Shown: in pieces, positions 19,495 to 30,346 of the stretch | Position numbering within the stretch: the stretch's first letter is position 1 | Layout of the letters: every line of letters starts with the position of its first letter | From: Aquisalinus sp. | GTDB lineage: Bacteria > Pseudomonadota > Alphaproteobacteria > Caulobacterales > Parvularculaceae | Assembly: GCA_022763115.1 (NCBI GenBank) | Contig: JALEGJ010000047.1 | Span: 17,979 to 81,978, forward strand | Direction: 5' to 3' | Length of the DNA stretch: 64,000 nt | Notes under the pieces: model-generated | Told to the model about the DNA's origin: nothing | Seen by the model: only the letters and a program-made list of their open reading frames with translations | Database searches by the model: none | Translations under genes and position numbers: made by a program

Positions 19495-20397
19495 ATGGCA
19501 AAAAAGGGTCTTGGTCGTGGTCTGGATGTGTTGTTGGGAGAATCAACACCGGCGCAGCAAGATACGCATCCCATGACAGGGTCACAGGATAAACTGCCAA
19601 TCGAGTTTATCATTCCTGATCCGAAACAGCCAAGGAAAACATTCTCTGATGAGGCTATAGAAGAACTGGCAGCTTCAATAAGTGAAAAGGGTCTTTTGCA
19701 ACCAATTCTCGTGCGTCCTGCTCAAGGCCAGGCTGAGCGCTATCAGATTGTTGCGGGCGAGCGGCGCTGGCGTGCTGCGCAAAAAGCGCGTTTGCATGAA
19801 GTGCCTGTCATTATTCGAAGTCTTTCGGATGCAGAAACAGCCGAGATCGCTCTCATTGAAAATCTGCAAAGGGTTGATTTGAATCCGATGGAGGAGGCGG
19901 AAGCCTATGCCCATCTGGGGGATGCCCATGCGCGCAACCAAAGTGAAATTGCTGACGCGGTTGGCAAAAGTCGCAGCCATGTAACCAACATGTTGCGCCT
20001 TCTCAAACTGCCGGAACCGGTTCGTTTGATGGTGCGTGAAGGCGCTCTTTCCATGGGCCATGCTCGAGCGCTTCTGTCCAGTGTAGAGCCGAAAGGTCTG
20101 GCCGAGCGGATTGTAAAAAAAGGACTCTCCGTACGAGAGGCAGAAAGGCTCGTAAAGTCTGAAAGTATGGACTTGGATGGAGCGAAGTCAGTTTCTTCCA
20201 AGGGCAAGAAAGAAAGTTCAACGAGCTCAAAAAAAGATGCAGACACGCGTGCCCTGGAACGGGATATTGCAGAGGCTCTTGGCCTGGATGTCAATATTGA
20301 GCACAGAGGGAAAAAAGGCGGTTGTCTGACAATTGATTACAGATCGCTTGACCAGCTTGATGAAGTATGTCGCCGCCTGATGAATGTGTCTGTATAA
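19495..20397 (+). CDS. parB: Chromosome partitioning protein ParB
   Basis: GLGRGL, PKQPRK, GERRWRAA box and an HTH region. 300 aa. Confidence 0.96.
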   Translation: MAKKGLGRGLDVLLGESTPAQQDTHPMTGSQDKLPIEFIIPDPKQPRKTFSDEAIEELAASISEKGLLQPILVRPAQGQAERYQIVAGERRWRAAQKARLHEVPVIIRSLSDAETAEIALIENLQRVDLNPMEEAEAYAHLGDAHARNQSEIADAVGKSRSHVTNMLRLLKLPEPVRLMVREGALSMGHARALLSSVEPKGLAERIVKKGLSVREAERLVKSESMDLDGAKSVSSKGKKESSTSSKKDADTRALERDIAEALGLDVNIEHRGKKGGCLTIDYRSLDQLDEVCRRLMNVSV

Positions 20398-20414
20398 TCG
20401 TAAAGAGAGTTATC

Positions 20415-21545
20415 ATGCCAGATAAGTTCAAGTCATTTAATCCCGTCGAAAAAACCCTGATGGGTCCGGGCCCATCTGATGTGTCGCCGCGAGTTCTGGC
20501 GGCGCAGGGCCAGGCGACGATCGGCCATCTTGACCCACAATTTGTCAGTCTGATGGATGAGATCAAGGATCTACTTCGTTATGCATTTCGTACAAAGAAC
20601 GATGTAACCTTTCCTGTTTCGGCACCGGGTTCAGCAGGAATGGAAACCTGCATTGTTAATCTGGTTGAGCCAGGGGACAAGGTTATCGTCTGCATAAATG
20701 GTGTCTTTGGCGGGAGAATGAAGGAGAATGTTGAACGCGCTGGCGGTATCGCAGTTGTCGTTGAGGATGAATGGGGCGAACCGGTATCTGTTGATAAAGT
20801 TGAGGCAGCGCTAAAAGCCAATCCTGATGCTGTTGCGCTCGGGTTTGTTCATTCAGAGACATCAACAGGTGTGCGTTCGGATGCAGAGGCATTATGTGCG
20901 CTGGCGCGAGAGCATGGCTGTCTCACAATTGTTGATGCTGTGACGACACTCGGTGGTATTCCGCTGGAAGTCGATGGCTGGGGCATAGATGCAATATACT
21001 CAGGCAGTCAAAAATGCCTTTCCGCACCACCAGGCCTGTCGCCAGTCAGTTTTTCCGCGAAGGCCCTTGAAAAAGTACGCAACCGGAAGGCCAAGGTACA
21101 AAGCTGGTTTCTGGATTTGAATCTGGTGCTTGGCTATTGGGACGGAGATGGTGGCCGCGCATATCATCACACAGCTCCGGTCAATGCGATGTATGGCCTC
21201 CATGAAAGTCTGGTCATTCTGCATGAGGAAGGTATTGAGAAATCCTGGGAGCGGCACCAAAGAGTCCACCAGCAATTGCATCAGGGACTTGGCGAGTTAG
21301 GTATAGAATACCTTGTTGATACGCCTTATCGGCTCCCGCAATTAAATAGTGTTTTGATCCCGGATCATCTTCAGTCTGGAGAGGCGGATATAAGAAAAGA
21401 ACTTCTGACAGAGCACAGGCTGGAAATTGGTGCAGGTTTGGGTGCCTTGGCCGGTAAAGTCTGGCGGATTGGTCTTATGGGGCATAGTGCTCGCGAAGAA
21501 AATGTTACTAAATGTCTGGAAGCCATGAAAGTCGCGATGAGATAG
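20415..21545 (+). CDS. Class-V aminotransferase (alanine/serine-glyoxylate aminotransferase family)
   Basis: MGPGPSDV N-terminus and the PLP lysine context SGSQKCLSAPPGLSPVSF. The start is trimmed to the ATG at 20415. Confidence 0.88.
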   Translation: MPDKFKSFNPVEKTLMGPGPSDVSPRVLAAQGQATIGHLDPQFVSLMDEIKDLLRYAFRTKNDVTFPVSAPGSAGMETCIVNLVEPGDKVIVCINGVFGGRMKENVERAGGIAVVVEDEWGEPVSVDKVEAALKANPDAVALGFVHSETSTGVRSDAEALCALAREHGCLTIVDAVTTLGGIPLEVDGWGIDAIYSGSQKCLSAPPGLSPVSFSAKALEKVRNRKAKVQSWFLDLNLVLGYWDGDGGRAYHHTAPVNAMYGLHESLVILHEEGIEKSWERHQRVHQQLHQGLGELGIEYLVDTPYRLPQLNSVLIPDHLQSGEADIRKELLTEHRLEIGAGLGALAGKVWRIGLMGHSAREENVTKCLEAMKVAMR

Positions 21546-21570
21546 CGCGGGGAAAGTTGTTTCCCCGCGC
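21545..21570. terminator. Hairpin between convergent genes (GCGCGGGGAAA-GTTG-TTTCCCCGCGC)
   Basis: Perfect 11-bp stem read from the sequence, between the aminotransferase stop and the MATE stop. Confidence 0.6.
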
Positions 21571-21576
21571 TTAAGC

Positions 21577-23037
21577 TTAGGTCGCTTGTTTTTCCGGGTA
21601 TTTTAGAAGGTATAGCAATCTTCCCCCAAGCAGAACTGATGCCGCAGCCAGTCCCGCAAGCAGTCCCCACCAGATACCTACTGCACCGACAGGTGTGTAA
21701 AGCCCGAAATAAACTGACACGGGGAAACCAACCAGCCAGTAGCTGATACCAGTTAAGTACATTGGTAATGTTACATCCTTCAGTCCACGTAACACTTGTC
21801 CGGCGGCAACCTGCACACCATCAAAGAACATGAATGCGGCTGCTATTGGCAGGAAGGATGCGATGAGTATCAATACTTCTGTGTTAGCTACATTATCAGT
21901 ATTCAGATAAAAGCCGGCTATGTCCTCCGGGAATAGGATTACAAACAAGGCAACTGCCATAATCGCTGTCAGGCAAATCACCATTGTTGCGCCAGCAGCT
22001 TTGCGCACACCATTTTGATCTTTTGCTCCGGCCGCAAGACCAACACGAACACAGCCGGCCATCGAGAAACCAAGTGGCATCATGAACGCCAGCGCTGCCA
22101 CGTTAAGGGCAGATTGATATGCCGCCTGCTCATTGACACCAATGAGGCCCATCAAAAACACAGCGACATTGAAGAGCATCACTTCAAAGCCAAATGTGAC
22201 ACTAATGGGTAGGCCTAGTTTGAAAATTTCTTTCAATCTTTCTGTATGTAAGCGGAAAAAATTCTCAAACAGGTCGAATTGGCGCCCCCGTTTATCCCAT
22301 TGGATGTATAATACTAGGATGGTGAAGCCGGTCATGTGTGATAAAGATGAAGCAAGTCCGGCTCCGACCAGGCCCCACGCCGGAAATCCCCAGTTGCCAT
22401 AAATGAGTAACCAGTTGAGTAGTGTGTTGAGCATGGTCACAATCACGATGACAGCCAGCGGAATCCGTGTACGATCTATAGCTGCAAGAAAATTCCGCAA
22501 CAGGAATACCCCTAAAGCGAAAGGCATACCTGGGGCTAGGGCAAGAATATAATCGCCAGCGGCATTTGATGTTACCTCTGCCTGGCCCAACATAAGGGCA
22601 ATATCCGTTGAGAAGAAATAGATCAGAAACATCATTGGGAAAGTGAGAATAATCGCCCAAAGCCCCATCCGGACAGATATTCGGGCGTCACGTGTATTGT
22701 CAGGATCAGCGCCAAGTGTTTGCGAAACCAGGGGCGTCACGGCCATCATGGGGCCGAAGCCTACAAGCCATGTTGCATAAAATATTGCCAGGCCGAGTGA
22801 GGCAGATGCAAGGGCTTGCGCGCCAAGTTGTCCGATCATCAGCAGGTCAATTGTACTGATAGAAAACTGCACCAGCTGTGTCAGTGCCATGGGCAGGCCT
22901 AGCAAGAACAGGCTCGAAAATTCCTGTCGCCAGGTAATCGCAGAACGCGTGTTCACTTGGCCGGGCGCTACTGCAGCTTGCTTATCAGACAGTTTCGCTG
23001 GTGAATTGTTGGTCTGGTTATTCTCGTTATCAGTCAT
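21577..23037 (-). CDS. MATE family multidrug/cation efflux transporter
   Basis: 12-TM NorM-like sequence. The start is trimmed to MTDNENN (23037), because the longer ORF extension runs through a terminator hairpin. Confidence 0.9.
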   Translation of the reverse strand: MTDNENNQTNNSPAKLSDKQAAVAPGQVNTRSAITWRQEFSSLFLLGLPMALTQLVQFSISTIDLLMIGQLGAQALASASLGLAIFYATWLVGFGPMMAVTPLVSQTLGADPDNTRDARISVRMGLWAIILTFPMMFLIYFFSTDIALMLGQAEVTSNAAGDYILALAPGMPFALGVFLLRNFLAAIDRTRIPLAVIVIVTMLNTLLNWLLIYGNWGFPAWGLVGAGLASSLSHMTGFTILVLYIQWDKRGRQFDLFENFFRLHTERLKEIFKLGLPISVTFGFEVMLFNVAVFLMGLIGVNEQAAYQSALNVAALAFMMPLGFSMAGCVRVGLAAGAKDQNGVRKAAGATMVICLTAIMAVALFVILFPEDIAGFYLNTDNVANTEVLILIASFLPIAAAFMFFDGVQVAAGQVLRGLKDVTLPMYLTGISYWLVGFPVSVYFGLYTPVGAVGIWWGLLAGLAAASVLLGGRLLYLLKYPEKQAT

Positions 23038-23078
23038 TCTAGTCTCTCGCAAAATCTTATTGAGCTCGTCAGGAGAGA

Positions 23079-23110
23079 CAAAAAACCCTCCGGAGCGGCG
23101 GCTCGGAGGG
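23079..23110 (-). terminator. Intrinsic terminator/attenuator hairpin 41 nt upstream of the MATE start codon
   Basis: The minus-strand RNA reads CCCTCCG-AGCCGCCGCTC-CGGAGGG followed by UUUUUUG. The upstream CGGCUCG (plus-strand 23164-23170) can pair with CGAGCCG in the 5' arm and loop as an alternative structure. Confidence 0.6.
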
Positions 23111-23336
23111 GCGGTGCAGGGATCCAACTGGATCAAATGAATACCTGGAGCGCGAACCTGAAACGAGCCGATATGGGAACCGTGCGCGTTGATGATGTAA
23201 CCGCGCCTTCCAATCGTGTAGTTTTTACTGACTTATTCATTTGACTGCTCGTTATCTGTGCACCTTGGCACTCGCTGCGGGTACGCTTGACGCAATCTCT
23301 TGTCAATCAGTGAAAATTCTAAAGTTCAAGCTGTGG

Positions 23337-24389
23337 CTATTTTGCCATAACTGAAAGTCGTAAGGCAGCGCGCTCAATCAGCTCTTGCTGCGGTGCCCCG
23401 GTTTGCTTTGCCGCATGTTCTGTTTCCAGAAGATCAGTTATTGCTTTTTCCAGACGGATCAGAGGCCACTTACGCAGTTGATTTTCAAAATTGCGCTGTT
23501 GTGCAAAAAAGATCGGTGGACGAAGCTTCTTTATGGCTGCGTCTCTGGCCATACCATCACTCACGAAGGATTGCACAGTATGCAGCCGGTTAAAATGCCG
23601 TTGCAGAAATATCAGGATAGTGATGGGAGATGTGCCAGTTGTTTCTGCCCACTGTAATGCGCGGGATAGTTTTTGTGTTTCCCCGCTGGCGCTCAATGAG
23701 GGTATATCAAAAGTTGTATCCTGCGTTGAATCAGTAAGGCAGGTTTTGACATCCTCCAAGGAGATTTCTGCTGATCCTTCTCTGTGCTCCTTTGTGCCTT
23801 TATACAGGATAAGCTTTTCAATCTCGGCCTTACTGATACCTCGATCCTGTCCAAGGTTTGCTGCAAAAAATTCCAGCCCATCGCGTGTGATAGAAAGATT
23901 TTCGCTGTTCAGCGTGTCTGTAATGAGCTGACGCAGGTCCAGTGTGCTGTCTTCATAACAGGCTATCGCAGCAGCGATTTTGCTGTTTTCAAACAGTTTG
24001 CGAAGGCCCGCTGTTTTGCGCAGTTCACCAGCCTCAACGATGGCCAGCGCATTGGGAACAAATGTTTCGGCTTCGAGAGAGCTTAGCAAAAGCTTGGATG
24101 ATGCCGTGATTTGCTCGCCTGAGCCCGTAACCCTGACGACCCGCTCCCCTCCCGTAAAAGATAAGGCAGCGGCTTCATCAACAAGGCGAGAGGGGGTCTC
24201 TTTCAGATCACTTTCTGACAGCTCAATGAAATTGAATGGATCCGTCAGGTCATCAACAATTTGCTTTGCCAGCATGTTCGAGCGCTCTCTGACCAGTCCC
24301 CCATCAGGTCCATAAATCAGAACAGCTTTGTAACGCTCATCTCTCTTGGCGAGGAGCGCGGCAATATCCTTTGGCTTAATCGCGCTCAA
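23337..24389 (-). CDS. holA: DNA polymerase III delta subunit
   Basis: HolA-length protein (350 aa) in the conserved leuS-lptE-holA arrangement, with VLIYGPDGGLV near the N-terminus. Confidence 0.88.
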   Translation of the reverse strand: MSAIKPKDIAALLAKRDERYKAVLIYGPDGGLVRERSNMLAKQIVDDLTDPFNFIELSESDLKETPSRLVDEAAALSFTGGERVVRVTGSGEQITASSKLLLSSLEAETFVPNALAIVEAGELRKTAGLRKLFENSKIAAAIACYEDSTLDLRQLITDTLNSENLSITRDGLEFFAANLGQDRGISKAEIEKLILYKGTKEHREGSAEISLEDVKTCLTDSTQDTTFDIPSLSASGETQKLSRALQWAETTGTSPITILIFLQRHFNRLHTVQSFVSDGMARDAAIKKLRPPIFFAQQRNFENQLRKWPLIRLEKAITDLLETEHAAKQTGAPQQELIERAALRLSVMAK

Positions 24390-24993
24390 AGTCTTCCCCG
24401 AGAATTTCCTGTATTTGACGCTCCTGAAAAGTTTCCTGTTCGTCTTGTTCCTCGAATTCTTCTCCGGCTTCTATCTGTGTACCCTCAATCTGTCCCTTGA
24501 AATAAAAGACAAGGTCAAATTCGATTTGTTGCGCAAGTTCGATCGCAGCCTTCCGGATCGCATCTTCCTGAGCCACAAGGGAGGCATACTGCGATGGCAC
24601 GATGCCATAGCTGGTCACAACGGATTTTGCATTACGGTAGCGCTGACCCGTTTCGTTATCTGAGAGGGTATAACCTGCTGTCAGGGTATACTCGAAGCGG
24701 GCTGTCTGGGCATCGCCAGTCACGGCAACCGATCTGCGCCGCTCTCGCAGGTTCACCGTCAGGTCATACCGTGTTGTGGCAGTGCGGCTAGTTAAGTCAC
24801 GTAGTTCGTTTTCAAGAACAAAACTCGCTGTCTCAGGCTGGCGAATGGGAAGAATATTCACTTGCGCAAGAGAGCGGGTGAGCTCCTGATCGTTATCTGC
24901 GTAAAGAGGTGTAAAGCCGCAGGCAGATAAGAGTGGCAATGCGAGGAGAAATATTGGTGCGATGATCGCTTGTTTGAGCTGTTTACGGATCAT
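24376..24993 (-). CDS. lptE: LPS-assembly lipoprotein LptE
   Basis: Lipobox LLSACGF, followed by TPLY. It sits directly downstream of leuS. Confidence 0.88.
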   Translation of the reverse strand: MIRKQLKQAIIAPIFLLALPLLSACGFTPLYADNDQELTRSLAQVNILPIRQPETASFVLENELRDLTSRTATTRYDLTVNLRERRRSVAVTGDAQTARFEYTLTAGYTLSDNETGQRYRNAKSVVTSYGIVPSQYASLVAQEDAIRKAAIELAQQIEFDLVFYFKGQIEGTQIEAGEEFEEQDEQETFQERQIQEILGEDFERD

Positions 24994-25020
24994 TTACCTT
25001 ATCTCTCCTGCCCTGTCCGC

Positions 25021-27621
25021 CTAGACAACGATATTAATTATCCGTCCCGGCACGACGATGAATTTGCGAATTTCCTTGCCGTCAATATGGCGCTGAACGG
25101 CCTCATCAGACAAGGCCAGTTTCTTCACTTCTTCTTCGTCAGCGTCTGCCGGTATGGTGATCTGGCCGCGGCGTTTACCGCCCACCTGTATCGGCACTGT
25201 AATCGTTTCGGCAACGAGAAGGCTTTCATCCGCTTTGGGCCACGGGGCGTGACAGATCATACCCTCTCCACCCAGATGTTCCCAGCATTCTTCAGCTAGA
25301 TGCGGGATGAACGGAGATATAAGTCGTGTTAGCGCGGACAGCGTCTCTGCTTTTACCGCGTCGGAAATGGAGTTTTCCGAGACGGCCTTTCTGGCGGCGT
25401 TGATAAATTCATACAGTCTGGCAATAGCCTTGTTGAAGCGGAAGTTTTCAATGTCATCAGTGACATTGGCAATGCTCGCATGTGTCAGTCGACGCATGGT
25501 CATGTCTGCCTCTGGCATATCAGTGGCCAGGTTCCCGATATGCGGTTCACGTAAAATGCCGCCGACTTGTTCACACGTATCCCAGATGCGATTGACCAGT
25601 TTCCATGCGCCTTCAACACCTGCCTCGCTCCATTCCACGTCACGCTCCGGGGGGGAGTCAGACAGCATGAACCAACGCGCTGCATCTGCGCCATAGGTGT
25701 TGGCAATCTCTTCTGGTGAGACCACATTCTTTTTCGACTTGGACATCTTCTCGATAGCGCCGATTTCGACGGGCATACCGGTTTCTGCGTGAGTAGCGCT
25801 GTCATTTTTCAGTATGACTTGCTCCGGAAACAGCCAGCGATCCTTGAGTGGCTTGGTATCATCAGCATCAAGATAGGTCGCGTGAACCACCATCCCTTGT
25901 GTGAAGAGATTACGAAACGGCTCTTCAACAGACAGATAGTTACAGTCCTTCATGTTGCGCGTAAAATAGCGCGCATAAAGAAGGTGCAGGATCGCGTGTT
26001 CAATGCCGCCGATATACTGATCGACGGGCAACCAGTAATCAGCCATGTCCTTGTTTGTTGGTGCGTTCGGCGTCGGGGCTGCGAAGCGGGCAAAATACCA
26101 GGAAGAGTCCACGAACGTGTCGAACGTATCTGTCTCGCGGCGGGCGGGTTTGCCGCATGTCGGGCAATCTACATTCTTCCATGTCGGATGTCGGTCCAGC
26201 GGATTGCCTGGTTCGGAGAAGTCCGCCTCGTCTGGTAATGCGACTGGTAAGTCCTGTTCCGGTACCGGAACGACACCACACTTCTCACAGTGTATCGCTG
26301 GTATCGGGCACCCCCAATAGCGCTGGCGGGAAATGCCCCAGTCGCGCAGGCGATAATTTGTCGTGCCCTCTCCGTCACCCAGTTTTTCTATATGCTCGAC
26401 CATGGCCGGCAAGGCTTCTTCCCAGCTCAATCCATCCAGAAAGCCGGAATTGAACATTGTACCCGGCCCGACATAAGCCTCGTCCGCCACATCAAAGCTA
26501 GTGGGATCAGCCTCCGGCGGTAGTACAACCGGGGTAACGTCCAGATTATATTTACGGGCAAAGTCAAGGTCACGCTGATCGTGCGCCGGGCATCCAAAAA
26601 TTGCGCCGGTGCCATATTGCATGAGAATGAAGTTGGCGACGAAGACAGGCAGTGTCTCGCCTTCTTTGACCGGGTGGGCCATCTCTAGCGGCAGGCGATA
26701 GCCTTTTTTCTCAGCTTTCTCAATTGCCTGTTCCGAGGTGCCGGTTTTCTGGCAGTCTGCAATGAAGGCTTGCAATTCAGGATCGCTGTCAGCGTAATGC
26801 TTCGCCAGTGGATGATCTGGCGAGACACCCAGAAAAGAGGCCCCGTATAGCGTGTCAGGCCGGGTTGTATAAATCTCCAGACTCTCGAACCCTTTCGGCG
26901 CAACGCCCGCTGCATGAAAGCGCATTTTCAGGCCCTTGGACTTGCCAATCCAGTTACGTTGCATGCTGACCACGTTCTCCGGCCAGCTGCCGAGGCGACC
27001 ATCATCGAGCGCTGCCAGTAGATCTTCTGCGCGATCTGTGATCTTGAAGAACCATTGTGAAAGCGTGCGGCGCTCTACAGGCGCGCCGGATCGCCAGCCC
27101 TTGCCATCGATGACCTGTTCATTCGCCAGGACTGTTTGATCCACAGGGTCCCAGTTGACCATGCTTTCCTTGCGGTGGATGAAGCCCTTTTTCCAGAAAT
27201 CGAGAAACATGCGTTGCTCGTGCACATAATAATCCGGATCGGAAGTTGCGAACTCCCGGCTCCAGTCAATGGCAAGTCCCATCCGTTTCAACTGATCACG
27301 CATGATGGCAATGTTGTTATAAGTCCAGGTACGGGGGTGCCCCCCGCTTTCCATGGCGGCGTTCTCCGCAGGCATGCCAAAAGCATCCCAGCCCATGGGG
27401 TGCAGGACGTTGTGACCTTGCGCTTTCTTGTAACGCGCAATGACATCGCCCATGGCGTAGTTGCGCACATGGCCGATATGGATACGCCCTGATGGATAAG
27501 GGAACATTTCGAGGACGAAATATTTGGGTTTCGACGTATCATCCTCTGCCTTGAAGGCATCTGTCTCTTCCCAGGCCTTGCGCCATTTGGGTTCTGCTTC
27601 TTTCGGATTGTAACGTGCCAT
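25021..27621 (-). CDS. leuS: Leucine--tRNA ligase
   Basis: HIGH motif ([15 protein letters not shown]) and KMSKS motif. 866 aa. Confidence 0.98.
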   Translation of the reverse strand: MARYNPKEAEPKWRKAWEETDAFKAEDDTSKPKYFVLEMFPYPSGRIHIGHVRNYAMGDVIARYKKAQGHNVLHPMGWDAFGMPAENAAMESGGHPRTWTYNNIAIMRDQLKRMGLAIDWSREFATSDPDYYVHEQRMFLDFWKKGFIHRKESMVNWDPVDQTVLANEQVIDGKGWRSGAPVERRTLSQWFFKITDRAEDLLAALDDGRLGSWPENVVSMQRNWIGKSKGLKMRFHAAGVAPKGFESLEIYTTRPDTLYGASFLGVSPDHPLAKHYADSDPELQAFIADCQKTGTSEQAIEKAEKKGYRLPLEMAHPVKEGETLPVFVANFILMQYGTGAIFGCPAHDQRDLDFARKYNLDVTPVVLPPEADPTSFDVADEAYVGPGTMFNSGFLDGLSWEEALPAMVEHIEKLGDGEGTTNYRLRDWGISRQRYWGCPIPAIHCEKCGVVPVPEQDLPVALPDEADFSEPGNPLDRHPTWKNVDCPTCGKPARRETDTFDTFVDSSWYFARFAAPTPNAPTNKDMADYWLPVDQYIGGIEHAILHLLYARYFTRNMKDCNYLSVEEPFRNLFTQGMVVHATYLDADDTKPLKDRWLFPEQVILKNDSATHAETGMPVEIGAIEKMSKSKKNVVSPEEIANTYGADAARWFMLSDSPPERDVEWSEAGVEGAWKLVNRIWDTCEQVGGILREPHIGNLATDMPEADMTMRRLTHASIANVTDDIENFRFNKAIARLYEFINAARKAVSENSISDAVKAETLSALTRLISPFIPHLAEECWEHLGGEGMICHAPWPKADESLLVAETITVPIQVGGKRRGQITIPADADEEEVKKLALSDEAVQRHIDGKEIRKFIVVPGRIINIVV

Positions 27622-27649
27622 CTGGCTGGTCCTGCTGTTTCTGGATATG

Positions 27650-27677
27650 AAAAAACGCCCGTCTGAGAACGGGCGTT
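27650..27677 (-). terminator. Intrinsic terminator after the DUF3576-like gene
   Basis: The minus-strand RNA reads AACGCCCGU-UCUCAG-ACGGGCGUU followed by a U-run. Confidence 0.7.
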
Positions 27678-27704
27678 TCGCGTACCGTCAAACGGGAAAA
27701 AATA

Positions 27705-28175
27705 CTAGCCGACGCTGTTAAGTCGCAACTGACGTGCGCGTGTCAGGATAGCGTTCTCTATTTCGCGAGCTGTCGCCGGGTTAACCGGCGCATCCTGCCA
27801 CCCTGCGCCTGTATATTGTTGCTTGAATACGGAGACTCGCAGTGCATCTGCGCGCAGTGTTGTATCCAGAATGTAGATATTCGCCTTCAGGCGCTCGTTT
27901 GGTACATTCGGATTGGCGAACCAGTCAGTGATAATAATGCCGCCAATCGGATCAGCCGAGAAAACCGGCATGAAGTTCAATGTCTCAAGTGACGCCGACC
28001 ACAAATATCTATTGACGCTGGTGACAGCGCCGGATCGGTTGTCTAGCGAATAGGATGGCAGGGCCGCGTTTTTGCTGGCCTCGGCCGCATTGTTATTGCT
28101 GGCGCAGGCCGCAAGTATAGCAGCGCCGCAAGCCATTCCCAAAATCTTACACAAACGTTTCGTTTCAGGCTTCAT
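27705..28175 (-). CDS. Lipoprotein, DUF3576-like (by recall)
   Basis: Signal peptide with lipobox ILAACAS, 156 aa. A family of this kind commonly neighbours leuS in alphaproteobacteria. Confidence 0.65.
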   Translation of the reverse strand: MKPETKRLCKILGMACGAAILAACASNNNAAEASKNAALPSYSLDNRSGAVTSVNRYLWSASLETLNFMPVFSADPIGGIIITDWFANPNVPNERLKANIYILDTTLRADALRVSVFKQQYTGAGWQDAPVNPATAREIENAILTRARQLRLNSVG

Positions 28176-28451
28176 AACGCCTCAACTCCCTAGAAAGTAA
28201 CTGGTTCGGTTAACCATTCGTGACTTTACTATCACAATGGCCGGATTACTCAAATACTTCGACTCAAATTCTGTTGACCGGAAAACGCATCACGCCTTTA
28301 TTCGTTCATGAGAGATGTACGCAATAAGAGATCATTGTTACAAGCTAACATACGTTAATTATTGCATAATTTTAAGTGGCGTTAATTTTACGAGGGACCA
28401 GATTTGCTGCCAGGCAAACTGAAAGTTCAGAGATAAAATAACTGTGAGACG

Positions 28452-29696
28452 ATGAGGCACGGCGCTGACAAAAATAAAGCTGTTTCTGCGAAGCTTTTTC
28501 AGTTTCGTACAGTGCTGCTTGCTGCCTCTTGCCTGCTACCTTTCTGGGCATCAGCGACAGCGCAGGAAACAAATGTTGAGGTTAGCGGAGAGATAACGGC
28601 CGTCGCCGGAAGCGTGGATGGTGACTTTGAGGCGGACGCAGATGCACGTTTGAAGGTTCAAACCTCTCGTGTACTTGATAGCGGCCTTGAAATCGGCGGT
28701 GTTTTTGAGGCCAGAGCCGATGGCGACATTCCCCAACAATACTGGGCTGGCGGTCGATATTCTGGTTTGCTTTCTGGTGGCGCGCGCGGGGTTGGCCCGC
28801 TTGAAGGCGATGCTTTCCTGCAAAGTGCCTATGCCTATCTCAAGGGTGGTTTCGGAGAGATCTCTATAGGTCGGGACAATGGCATTGCCAGCCAGCTTGC
28901 CGTTACTTCGCCGACTGTTTTCAGAGCCATTGGTGTTAATGACTGGAAAAGTGACCTGTCCAATCTGAATGACATTCAGACTGTCAATGATTTCTCCGGA
29001 TATTCTACCAAACTCACATACATGCCACCGGCTAATTTCCTTGGCGGTATTATTGGAGGTCTTCAGGTTGGTGTGTCCTATTCCCCGGAACTAAGGGAAT
29101 GTGAAGAGGAGTTGTGTGCTCCTGTCACCGGAAGTGCCCCCGCCGCTGCCGGGCAAACGCTTGTCAGAAATTCCTCCTGGCGAGATGTTGTTGAAACAGC
29201 GCTATACTTCGAGCGGGGTATTGGCGATCCGGATAATGATATTCGCTTTGGCCTTGGCGCCAGCTACGTTACTGCATCGGAAGATGTTGGCAACACGCCG
29301 CCGGGGTTTGATGATTATGAATCTTACGCAGTTGGCCTTAATCTGGCCATCAAGGGTTTTACGCTTGGCGGGTCTATCAAGAATACAAATGCGGGCCTTG
29401 ATGTGCAGGATGATGATGCGTATCTCGCATTTGATGCGGGTATTACCTACGAAACCGGACCTTGGGGCTTTATGTTGGGGTACGGATCATCGGACGCGGC
29501 ACGTGATGCCGCCTCCCCGCTTGATCCATCCTTCTTCCGCGAAACAGAACTGGCGCAAGCCGGTGTTTCGTACGTTTTCCAACAGGGCGTAACACTCGGC
29601 GCGGCGGCTCAATTCGTCGATAGCGACAAGCCGGATTCACTTGGCGGGCAGGAAGAAAAAACATCGATTATATTCGAAAGCTCGATCAAGTTCTGA
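28452..29696 (+). CDS. Outer-membrane porin (beta-barrel)
   Basis: Signal peptide ending ASATAQE, alternating beta-strand pattern, many G/Y/D residues, and C-terminal ...FESSIKF with a terminal Phe. Confidence 0.8.
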   Translation: MRHGADKNKAVSAKLFQFRTVLLAASCLLPFWASATAQETNVEVSGEITAVAGSVDGDFEADADARLKVQTSRVLDSGLEIGGVFEARADGDIPQQYWAGGRYSGLLSGGARGVGPLEGDAFLQSAYAYLKGGFGEISIGRDNGIASQLAVTSPTVFRAIGVNDWKSDLSNLNDIQTVNDFSGYSTKLTYMPPANFLGGIIGGLQVGVSYSPELRECEEELCAPVTGSAPAAAGQTLVRNSSWRDVVETALYFERGIGDPDNDIRFGLGASYVTASEDVGNTPPGFDDYESYAVGLNLAIKGFTLGGSIKNTNAGLDVQDDDAYLAFDAGITYETGPWGFMLGYGSSDAARDAASPLDPSFFRETELAQAGVSYVFQQGVTLGAAAQFVDSDKPDSLGGQEEKTSIIFESSIKF

Positions 29697-29698
29697 TC

Positions 29699-30346
29699 CT
29701 ATCCAAAAACGCTTATCCCTCCGATGCCTGCTGCGCCAGTGTTGAGCAATTCTTGGGCATTATCCTCATTGATCCCGCCAAGCGCTAATATGGGCATTTT
29801 TGTTTGACTACAGATTTTATTGAACTGGCCAGTGCCCAGAAATTCCCTGCCGACATGGCTTTGCGTCTGGAATACGGGGGAGAGAAAAGCGCAATCTGTA
29901 TAAGCCTCTGCTTTCTGCACGGCATCCATCGAGTGGCAAGCAGCTGAAATGAGGATAGTCGGATAATCTCTTCTTAATCGTGCAGCCTCTCCCAGTTTCC
30001 ACTCGGGTAAGTGAATTCCGTCAGCCGAAATGGAACGAAAAAGCTCTTCATCACCGGCCACAAGAAAAAGGAGGCCGTGATCCTGACTGAAGTGGCAGAG
30101 ATCCTGCGCCAGGCTTTCTCGATTTTTTTCTTCGTAATGGCGAAAGATAACAGCTGTCCGTGCCTCTGAATGAGCAGGCATGTTTCTGATGGCAGCCTTG
30201 ATATCCGGCAGTCGTGGATCTGTCATAAGCGCAAGGGCGAAAGGCGCAGTTCGCCTTGACGCTGCCACTCTAGCCGCATTAAGCCGCAGGGCCACGTCCG
30301 CTACTTTTTCAGCAGGACGCGCTATTTGTATAAGGTCTGATGTCAT
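29699..30346 (-). CDS. Thiamine-phosphate synthase family protein (ThiE/TenI-like)
   Basis: C-terminal FLSPVFQT...PILALGGINEDNAQELLNTGAAGIGGISVFG is typical of the ThiE fold. Confidence 0.8.
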   Translation of the reverse strand: MTSDLIQIARPAEKVADVALRLNAARVAASRRTAPFALALMTDPRLPDIKAAIRNMPAHSEARTAVIFRHYEEKNRESLAQDLCHFSQDHGLLFLVAGDEELFRSISADGIHLPEWKLGEAARLRRDYPTILISAACHSMDAVQKAEAYTDCAFLSPVFQTQSHVGREFLGTGQFNKICSQTKMPILALGGINEDNAQELLNTGAAGIGGISVFG

